From assembly GCA_041497675.1 (NCBI GenBank), contig JBGQGY010000079.1, forward strand, positions 1 to 18,137: DNA of 18,137 nt, read 5' to 3'. This document shows, piece by piece, positions 1-6,596 of the stretch (position 1 is the first letter of the stretch; each line of letters opens with the position of its first letter). The notes under the pieces were generated by a model. It saw nothing but the letters and a program-made list of their open reading frames with translations. It searched no databases and was not told the origin of the DNA. The position numbers and the translations under genes are program-made. The stretch comes from a bacterium (GTDB lineage Bacteria > Sysuimicrobiota > Sysuimicrobiia > Sysuimicrobiales > Humicultoraceae).

Positions 1-687
1 GAGCAGCAACGCATTGCGGTCGGGCGCGCGCTGGTTCTGGAGCCGAAGATCTTGCTGCTCGACGAGCCCTTTAGCAACCTGGACGCCCGTCTTCGCGTGC
101 GCATGCGCGAGGAGTTGCAGACGTTGCAGCGGCAGGTGGGCATTACGACCGTGTTCGTCACCCACGATCAAGAGGAAGCCCTGACGCTCGCCGACCGCAT
201 TGCCGTGATGAACAAGGGTGTGCTGGAGCAGGTCGCCACGCCCGACGACCTCTACCAACACCCGCAACGGATGTTCGTCGCCGACTTTATCGGCACCATG
301 AATTTTGTTCGCTTCCGTTTCGCGCCGGCGCTGGGTGCATTGGTGAACGAGGCACTCCGGGTCCCAGTGACCTCCCGCTGGCCAGAGGGCACGGAGGTCA
401 CGATGGCCATCAGACCTGAGGACGTCCTCCCTGTCGATGGCGACGCGGGATTCCCCGTCCGGGTGGTCCGCATCGTCAATCTGGGGCACTACCGAGACGT
501 GATGGTCGAGGGCTCCGGCACGGGACTCCTCAAGATGTTCACCAGCGGGCAATGGCAGATGGCGGAGAGCCAGGTCCTCCGGCTGCGTTTCCGCAGGGCC
601 CTGCTCTATGCCGACGGCGCTGAGGTTATTGAGATCAAGGAGCCGGAACTCACCGCGGGTACCTCTGACCAATCACCGCGTTCCTGA
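1..687 (+). CDS. ABC transporter ATP-binding protein (PotA/FbpC/MalK-like), 5'-truncated by window edge
   Basis: Frame 1 is open from base 1: EQQRIAVGRALVLEPKILLLDEPFSNLD (signature tail, Walker B, D-loop), VTHDQEEA (H-loop), FVADFIG, and a C-terminal AIRPEDV TOBE-like region; stop TGA at 685-687. Confidence 0.93.
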   Translation, partial: EQQRIAVGRALVLEPKILLLDEPFSNLDARLRVRMREELQTLQRQVGITTVFVTHDQEEALTLADRIAVMNKGVLEQVATPDDLYQHPQRMFVADFIGTMNFVRFRFAPALGALVNEALRVPVTSRWPEGTEVTMAIRPEDVLPVDGDAGFPVRVVRIVNLGHYRDVMVEGSGTGLLKMFTSGQWQMAESQVLRLRFRRALLYADGAEVIEIKEPELTAGTSDQSPRS

Positions 688-698
688 CGCACGGACGC

Positions 699-734
699 AA
701 ACAGAAAGGGGGCGGGGCTTGCGCGCCCACCCCC
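699..734 (-). terminator. Intrinsic (rho-independent) terminator of the 759-1205 gene
   Basis: Minus strand reads GGGGGTGGGCGC-GCAA-GCCCCGCCCCC-TTTCTGTTT: GC-rich stem, GNRA tetraloop and U-rich tail, about 25 nt after the stop codon. Confidence 0.8.
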
Positions 735-758
735 AACTGTGAGAACAGTTCCCGAACT

Positions 759-1205
759 CTACTTCAGCAATCCTCCGATCTGCTCGAGCACGATCTGCGT
801 GGCCCAGGCCGCTGCCTTGGTCTTCTCCATCGTGGTTGCCTTCTTGCCGATCAAGGCGACGTCCGTCGTGAGTTCGAACCACGGCATGGCCTTCATGTAT
901 TTCCCGCCGGCCGCTTTGGCGTCCACCATCATGCCCTTACCCATCGAGCCGCACTTGTCGGAGACCGCGTTGTCGTGATTCGGGCCCTGCGGCCCTTCGA
1001 GACAATTAATGACGCGCTGTATGCCGGTCTTCACGTCGTTCATGGCCATTGCCTTCTGGGCGTCCTTCGACTGGTCGAGCGCGTACTTCCACTGCTCCCC
1101 GACCGACGCCTCTGGGGTCATTGATGCGGCGAACGTCATCGTGCTAACGAGTGCGATCGCTCCAACGAGTAGAGCGAACATCAGGGACCGCGTGCGCATG
1201 CTCAT
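759..1205 (-). CDS. Secreted Met/Lys/Ala-rich hypothetical protein with two Cys (148 aa)
   Basis: SD-like GGGGGTGG precedes the ATG at 1205; Sec-type signal peptide MSMRTRSLMFALLVGAIALVSTMTFA; VINCLEGPQG...DKCG motif; terminator downstream. Confidence 0.85.
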   Translation of the reverse strand: MSMRTRSLMFALLVGAIALVSTMTFAASMTPEASVGEQWKYALDQSKDAQKAMAMNDVKTGIQRVINCLEGPQGPNHDNAVSDKCGSMGKGMMVDAKAAGGKYMKAMPWFELTTDVALIGKKATTMEKTKAAAWATQIVLEQIGGLLK

Positions 1206-1531
1206 TTCTACCCACCCCCACTTAGGATATGTCGTGCGTTTCCTTCTGTGCATTCGTCTGGACCGGCGCGACGGATTGGTCGCGCATGGTCGATCCGCCC
1301 GAGTTCGAATTTGTCCCAATCCTACCTGGGAATTGTTGGAATTCTATAAGACCCAGCGGCAGGAAGGTGCCACGCCAATTCCTTTGGCGGATCGCCGACC
1401 GCCCCCGCGAATGGCATCACACCCTACCATCGGAGGATGGTGCCACCAACAGCCCCTGCGTAGTGTAGAACCCACAACGACGAGCCTCCTGGTGGGTAGC
1501 AGCCGGATACGTCACCCGAGGGGTGAGCGCG

Positions 1532-1645
1532 GTGCGTGCACACGGGGTCGGGACGTGGGTGGTCACGGCGCTGATCTTGACCTGGTGGGCCCTGCTACTG
1601 GGGCTTGGGGTCGTCGCGCTGTTTGGTGGGGCGAAAAGCATCTGA
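1532..1645 (+). CDS. Putative small membrane protein, 37 aa (MRAHGVGTWVVTALILTWWALLLGLGVVALFGGAKSI)
   Basis: Hand translation: GTG start at 1532 after SD-like GAGGGGTG (1518-1525), uncharged hydrophobic stretch of about 23 residues, TGA at 1643-1645; shorter than any ORF in the supplied track. Confidence 0.55.
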   Translation: MRAHGVGTWVVTALILTWWALLLGLGVVALFGGAKSI

Positions 1646-1658
1646 GCCGAGCCCCCGC

Positions 1659-1667
1659 TGGTACAAT
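1659..1667 (+). promoter_or_regulatory. Extended -10 promoter element (TGnTACAAT) for the DinB-like gene
   Basis: TGGTACAAT ends 9 nt upstream of the ATG at 1677, implying a very short-leader or leaderless mRNA. Confidence 0.5.
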
Positions 1668-1676
1668 GGGGGTGGC

Positions 1677-2180
1677 ATGGGCGACAACATCGAAGCGGCG
1701 GGGTCTGACCCCGGCCGTCAGTTGCTTCGTCATACCGTTGCGACGCTGGCGTACCGCGCGGGAAGACCGTTGCGCGGCGCCCCGGATGGTTTTGGCGACT
1801 TCCGTATCTCAGCAGACGCTCGGACCTCAGGCGAAGTCCTGGCCCACATGGGCGACCTGCTGGACTGGGCGCTGTCTCTCGCACAAGGCAAGCAGCAGTG
1901 GCGCAGCTCGACCCCGCAGCCGTGGGACCGCGAGGTGCAGCGGTTCTTCGCCTCGCTCGCGGCCTTCGATGCGTACCTGGCCTCCGACGCCCCCCTGCAC
2001 GCGCCGCCTGAGAAGCTCTTTCAAGGTCCAATCGCCGACGCCCTGACGCACGTGGGGCAGATCGCGACGCGCCGCCGTCTGGCCGGCGCACCGGTTCGAG
2101 GCGAAAACTATTTCATCGCGGATATCGTCGCGGGTCGGGTCGGCCTGGAGCAGTCCCCGCCACGCCGGGAGTTCGACTGA
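1677..2180 (+). CDS. DinB/YfiT-like superfamily protein (putative metal-dependent hydrolase or thiol transferase)
   Basis: LRHTVATLAYR, EVLAHMGDL and IADALTHVGQIATRRRLAG match the DinB four-helix pattern with His/Asp ligands; ATG at 1677 preferred over the TTG at 1605. Confidence 0.75.
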   Translation: MGDNIEAAGSDPGRQLLRHTVATLAYRAGRPLRGAPDGFGDFRISADARTSGEVLAHMGDLLDWALSLAQGKQQWRSSTPQPWDREVQRFFASLAAFDAYLASDAPLHAPPEKLFQGPIADALTHVGQIATRRRLAGAPVRGENYFIADIVAGRVGLEQSPPRREFD

Positions 2181-2184
2181 GCGA

Positions 2185-3426
2185 TTAGGCCCGTCGAGGG
2201 ATGAGCCTCCGGCTCCACCACGTCACCACCACGATCGACAGCAGCCCCAGCGAGCCCCCGACGACGAAGCCTGCCCGCGGTCCCCACAAATCCATGATTC
2301 CACCGATCAGCAGGGCGCCCACCGGTGTGATCCCCGCCCATAGAACGGAATAGATGCTCATGACGCGCCCGAGGAGGTGGTCGGGCGCAAGTGCCTGCAC
2401 GAAGCTGTTCGCGGTTGCCGAGAACACGATCATGCTGAACCCCGCAACAAACAACAGCGTCGCCGCCTGGTAAAAGGTTCGCACAAACCCGAGCACGAGC
2501 ACCATCAGCGTCACGACGACCGCGCCCGTGTGGATCAACCCTCTGTCTGGACCGCGCCGGCTCGCCGCCGCCAGAGTGATGGCTCCCAAGAACGATCCGG
2601 CCCCGAGCGCCGACATCAACAGACCAAACGTGTGGGCGCTGCCCCCAAGGATTGCACGGGCCATCACCGGCACGAGGACGCTGCTGAAGTTCAGCACGAA
2701 CGTGCTGATGGCGGCCAGCAGCACCATCAAAGTCAGGATGCTGGGTGTGCCGCGCACGTACGCCAGTCCTTCCTTGATGTGACCGACCAGCGGTCTTGGC
2801 GGGATCGGCTCAGGCGGCCTGACGGTCATCGCGGCCAAAGCCGCGATGACCGCGAGAAAGCTGACACCATTCAGCAGGAACGCGGCCGAAACACCGCTGC
2901 TGGCAATGATGAGCCCACTCACGGCGGGTCCCAGGACCCGACCGACGTTCGTCAGGGCCGAGTTGAGCGCGATGGCGTTCATCAGGTCCTCGCGGGCCAC
3001 CATGTCGACGAAGAACGCCTGACGCGTCGGCATGTCGAAACTGTTGACCAACCCGAGCAGCCCCGCGAGAACCGCCACGTGCCAGTAGCGCACGACGCCG
3101 GTCCACGACAGCAACGCGAGCACCAGCGCCTGCGCCATCAGCGTCGCCTGGGTGATGATCAGCAACCGGCGCTTGGGCAGCCGGTCGGCCATGGCGCCGC
3201 CCACGACGCCCAACACGGTGACAGGAAGCCACTGAAGCGCGCTGACGGCTCCCAGCAAGAACGAAGAATTCGTCAGCGTGAGCACGAGCCACGCCTGCGC
3301 TGTCGCTTGCATCCAGGTGCCGACGATGGAGACGCCTTGACCGATGAGAAACAAGCGAAAGTTCCGGTGCCGCAGCGCCGGAAACGGGCCGGACCGCCTA
3401 ACCGGCGTGCGTGGGTCTCGACGCAT
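2185..3426 (-). CDS. MFS transporter (MFS_3/DUF894, macrolide-efflux/EntS-like)
   Basis: ALRHRNFRLFLIGQGVSIVGTWMQ N-terminus, motif A GAMADRLPKRRLL, FDMPTRQAF, LLGRVMSIY, about 12 hydrophobic helices; the start at 3426 overlaps the upstream gene and is uncertain. Confidence 0.92.
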   Translation of the reverse strand: MRRDPRTPVRRSGPFPALRHRNFRLFLIGQGVSIVGTWMQATAQAWLVLTLTNSSFLLGAVSALQWLPVTVLGVVGGAMADRLPKRRLLIITQATLMAQALVLALLSWTGVVRYWHVAVLAGLLGLVNSFDMPTRQAFFVDMVAREDLMNAIALNSALTNVGRVLGPAVSGLIIASSGVSAAFLLNGVSFLAVIAALAAMTVRPPEPIPPRPLVGHIKEGLAYVRGTPSILTLMVLLAAISTFVLNFSSVLVPVMARAILGGSAHTFGLLMSALGAGSFLGAITLAAASRRGPDRGLIHTGAVVVTLMVLVLGFVRTFYQAATLLFVAGFSMIVFSATANSFVQALAPDHLLGRVMSIYSVLWAGITPVGALLIGGIMDLWGPRAGFVVGGSLGLLSIVVVTWWSRRLIPRRA

Positions 3427-4387
3427 GGGAGAGATGTCGCTTCGACAGCTCCGCACCGGCAACGTAGCTGAGTTTGCCGAGCCTGCACATCTGGTACACG
3501 TTGATGCGAAAATCCGGGCAGGTACTGACCAGACAGTACGCCTCGGTCGGGGTGAGACCGTAGTCGGTGATCAACCAGTCCATCAGGTTCACTGTGGCGG
3601 TCTCGACGGCGACCTCGAGCGGCCGATACGCGTAGACTGAAACGATCGACTCGGGCTTTTCGATCCGCATCCACGGGACTCGCTTACCCTTGATCACGTC
3701 CAGCTTCACCCGCACGGTCGCCTTCGTCTCCGCGGCGGTGCCGGTGAATTCTGTGTCACCCTGGCTGGCGTGCACGTCACCGAGGTAGAACAGCGCCCCG
3801 GCGTGGTAGATCGGTAGGAAGACGCGGTTGCCGGGCGCCACGTCGCGGATATCGAGATTGCCGCCCCAGTCGCCCTGACCGTCCCCGCTCGTCATCACCT
3901 CGCGCTCGGGCGCGACGCCAATTGTGCCGACAAACGGCGTCACCGGCCACGAAATGCGGTCGTTGAAGTGCATCGTCCCGTCGCGCGTCGTGCCGCTGCG
4001 ACCCGGCGTATGCCGGATGATCTTCGTGGTGTAGTCTCTCGAGAGTTCCGGCCAGCGCGACGACTCACCGAGCGGGCCACGCCCGGGACCCACCGCGACC
4101 CAGGAGTAGTCGTCCACCACGATGTCCTCGATCGTGACCACAAGGGTATCGCCGCGGTCGGCCCCTTCGAGGAAGACCGGACCTCCGATTGGGTTCGTCA
4201 ACGGTGGGCTGCGGTCAAAGCCGGGCCGGCGCGCCGGGATCGCCTTGTCCGCCTCGGTCTTGAAGTACCCGGTGCTGGCGTCGTACGTCTCGACCTCAAA
4301 GCTCTCGCCGCGCTGCACGCGCAGCAGCGGCTCATCCCGCCAGTCGAAGGCGTACTTCCGGGCCTGCTCCCGCAAGATTCGCTGCAC
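3398..4387 (-). CDS. Acetamidase/formamidase (FmdA/AmdA) family protein
   Basis: NPIGGPVFLEGADRGDTLVVTI, PFVGTIGVAP, GGNLD, LFYLGDVHASQGDTE..GTAAE; SD GAGGTG before the GTG start. Confidence 0.9.
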   Translation of the reverse strand: MQRILREQARKYAFDWRDEPLLRVQRGESFEVETYDASTGYFKTEADKAIPARRPGFDRSPPLTNPIGGPVFLEGADRGDTLVVTIEDIVVDDYSWVAVGPGRGPLGESSRWPELSRDYTTKIIRHTPGRSGTTRDGTMHFNDRISWPVTPFVGTIGVAPEREVMTSGDGQGDWGGNLDIRDVAPGNRVFLPIYHAGALFYLGDVHASQGDTEFTGTAAETKATVRVKLDVIKGKRVPWMRIEKPESIVSVYAYRPLEVAVETATVNLMDWLITDYGLTPTEAYCLVSTCPDFRINVYQMCRLGKLSYVAGAELSKRHLSHASRPTHAG

Positions 4388-4518
4388 GATGCACCTCAGT
4401 CTGAGAATCTTCGTCTAACTTCCCCGTGATTTGGGCAGAACCTGGTTGCAGCATTCAGGGCAATTATCCGCATGACGGCGGTCCGACTGGACGGCGGTAG
4501 ACCGCCAGGGGGATTGAA

Positions 4519-5376
4519 ATGGCGGCATCCCGTAAGACGCGGACACAACCGAAGGCCAGAACACGCCGCACGACGACGCCCAGGCCACGGGTGAAGCGGC
4601 CCGTCTCGCACTTGGCTCCCGTGACGCCCCACGAACCGCCCATTGTCCCAGCGATCCCGGTGGGCTTCGTGGACCAGCCGCAAGAGGCTGCCGCAGAGCC
4701 GATCCTCCTCCTCGGGAACCACCTCAGCGGGCCAGAAGTGCTGGTGATCAACTCAGAGGGGTCACTCCCAGAACCGCCGGCCGCGGCCCAGAGATCAACG
4801 GCCTTGATCCGCACTCTGGCATGGGGCGTGTCGATCGCCGTCATGACCGCAACGATCGTCGGGGGCCTACAACTCGGCCATTCGCTGAAAAGCCGGGTCG
4901 CACAGATCCGAGATCAAGAGAACGTGGCGAGACAATCCGCCGAAGAATCGCAGCGCGAACTGGGACTCGCCGAGTCCGCGCCGCCCCGCCGCGGGGTAGA
5001 GTGGAATCCCTCCATACCCCGCAACCAAATCGAGCGGGTGCCGCAGGCGCCGACCCGCGCACCCGCGCCGAAAGTCCCGGCTGTCGTTGGCGTCCAGGAA
5101 GGCCGTGTGTGGCCTCGACTGACGGCTCTCATGCGCGACGGCATTCGCCTTCACCACGAAGGATGGTACGGCCCGGCGACGGCGCGCTTTCGCGAGGCCG
5201 TTGCAGTGATGCCGGACTATCTCCGCGCCCACCTGTGGCTGGGCCGTGCGGGGCTCAAAGCCGGCCGGTACGATGAAGCCCGGCGCGCGCTGGAGCAGGT
5301 GATTGCGCTGGATCCACAGAGCGCGGCGGCGCAAGAGGCAAAGGCGCTCCTGTCCCAGATCGACAAGGACAACTAG
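4519..5376 (+). CDS. Single-pass membrane protein with C-terminal tetratricopeptide repeats
   Basis: Basic, Pro-rich N-terminus; TM LAWGVSIAVMTATIVGGL; coiled linker; TPR consensus ATARFREAVAVMPDYLRAHLWLGRAGLKAGRYDEARRALEQVIALDP; AGGGGG upstream of the ATG. Confidence 0.8.
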   Translation: MAASRKTRTQPKARTRRTTTPRPRVKRPVSHLAPVTPHEPPIVPAIPVGFVDQPQEAAAEPILLLGNHLSGPEVLVINSEGSLPEPPAAAQRSTALIRTLAWGVSIAVMTATIVGGLQLGHSLKSRVAQIRDQENVARQSAEESQRELGLAESAPPRRGVEWNPSIPRNQIERVPQAPTRAPAPKVPAVVGVQEGRVWPRLTALMRDGIRLHHEGWYGPATARFREAVAVMPDYLRAHLWLGRAGLKAGRYDEARRALEQVIALDPQSAAAQEAKALLSQIDKDN

Positions 5377-6089
5377 TTCGCTCGAGGGTCCGCGGGCGCC
5401 AGCGCGTCTGCCAGTTCAGTGAAATTGCCCACTGTCAGGTCGGGCTGATACGGCGTGTCCTCGTACGGCAGCCGGTAGCGGTTCACGTAGGCGCCGCGCA
5501 TCCCGCACGCGCGTGCACCGACCACGTCGAACGAGTTGGACGACACCATCAGGCACTCCCCCACCTCTAGCCCTAGCATGCCCGCCGCACGCCGATACAC
5601 CGCCGGGTGCGGCTTGAACGCGCCGATTGGCGATACGGAGATCACCGCGTCGAACTCCCATCGCACCCGATGTCTCACCAGGTGGTCCAGGAACTCCGTC
5701 TCGCCATTAGAGAGCACCACCAGCCGGTAGTGGTTCTTTAGGCGCTTCAATGCGGGAATCACATCCGAAAACGGCGACAACTCGCGCCAGACCTTCATGA
5801 ATTCCGCGACCTCCTCGGGCGCAGCCTCGATCCCGTTCAGGCGGAGGGCGTACACGAGCGCGCGACGCGCCGTCTCCAGGTAGCCGCTGTGACCAAGCAT
5901 CAGGAGCGTGTCCTGGAACTGCTCGAGCCGCTGTCGCGCCCGCCACTGCTCCCAGAATCGCTCGGCGCTGACATCTGCTGCCTTGTTCGCGAGGAACCGC
6001 CGCACGTGTGGCGTGAGGCTCCCGTCCAAATCGAGAATCGTGCCGAAAACGTCAAACGTCAACGCCTGCACATGGGGAATGCTGGCCAT
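5373..6089 (-). CDS. Haloacid dehalogenase type II (L-2-haloacid dehalogenase-like HAD)
   Basis: Motif I FDVFGTILD, WRARQRLE, motif II LSNG, motif III FKPHPAVY, VSSNSFDVVGA; SD GGAGGG before the ATG at 6089. Confidence 0.92.
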   Translation of the reverse strand: MASIPHVQALTFDVFGTILDLDGSLTPHVRRFLANKAADVSAERFWEQWRARQRLEQFQDTLLMLGHSGYLETARRALVYALRLNGIEAAPEEVAEFMKVWRELSPFSDVIPALKRLKNHYRLVVLSNGETEFLDHLVRHRVRWEFDAVISVSPIGAFKPHPAVYRRAAGMLGLEVGECLMVSSNSFDVVGARACGMRGAYVNRYRLPYEDTPYQPDLTVGNFTELADALAPADPRAN

Positions 6090-6105
6090 CGTTCCCTCCG
6101 ATGGG

Positions 6106-6483
6106 CTACTGGAAGGCACCCAAGATCGTCGTAAATTCCAGCAGATTCCCGAAGGGATCTCGACAGAAAAAACGGGGTCGATTCGTGATTGGAGTCGTGT
6201 CGTAGGGCGTGTACCCGCTTGTTTCGAGTTGGCGTCGTGCCGCTGCCAGGTCCTCCACTTCGAGACACACGTGACCTGGGTGTTCGGGGTCAACGACCCC
6301 TGGGAAGAAGTGCATCTCCAACTCGTCCGCGCCGGCCGCGAACCACACCACGTTTCGGGCCTCCAGCGTTGACGGCGGCGCAATCTCTCGCAGGCCCACC
6401 CCGTTGCCGTAGAACGCCCGGACCGTGTCTTGCCCACCGGCCGAATACGCCAGCGACACGTGCTGAAGGCGACGGAATCTCAT
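6106..6483 (-). CDS. VOC family (glyoxalase/bleomycin-resistance) protein
   Basis: LQHVSL, RAFYG..VGL, HVCLEVEDL, RFFCRDPFGNLLEF. Confidence 0.9.
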   Translation of the reverse strand: MRFRRLQHVSLAYSAGGQDTVRAFYGNGVGLREIAPPSTLEARNVVWFAAGADELEMHFFPGVVDPEHPGHVCLEVEDLAAARRQLETSGYTPYDTTPITNRPRFFCRDPFGNLLEFTTILGAFQ

Positions 6484-6501
6484 GAGCCCTTCTTCGCCAT
6501 T

Positions 6502-6547
6502 TCTTTACCTGATCCTTATCCAGGCAACACACCTTGTGGGCTACTAT
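6502..6547 (+). promoter_or_regulatory. Putative promoter of the molybdoenzyme gene with 11-bp-spaced imperfect direct repeats (OmpR-type boxes) and a -10 element
   Basis: TCTTTAC (6502), TCCTTAT (6513) and GCAACAC (6524) at 11-nt period, then TACTAT at 6542-6547. Confidence 0.4.
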
Positions 6548-6596
6548 GGAGCAGCATGCGCGTCGACCCCTGATGATGAGGAAGAAGGTGGCGATC

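Noticed and set aside
1358..1372. Sigma54-like TGGCAC..TGC on the minus strand (and GGGCAG..TTGCA at about 4432-4451)
   Set aside because: GG-to-GC spacing is off the strict -24/-12 requirement
1009..2046. 345-aa plus-strand ORF
   Set aside because: Antisense to the secreted-protein gene and out of frame over the DinB-like gene; Arg/Pro/Ser-rich with no motifs
2377..3471. 364-aa plus-strand ORF (and similar ORFs at 7227-8126, 8971-9771, 12107-13129, 14970-15962, 16751-17440)
   Set aside because: Shadow ORFs antisense to well-supported genes, expected in high-GC DNA
4396..4473. Possible 25-aa leader peptide (MRIIALNAATRFCPNHGEVRRRFSD) upstream of the acetamidase
   Set aside because: No clear SD, no codon runs and no attenuator structure; probably promoter DNA
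6090..6437. 116-aa N-terminal extension of the HAD ORF (apparent fusion)
   Set aside because: Overlaps the VOC gene in another frame; a strong SD supports the ATG at 6089
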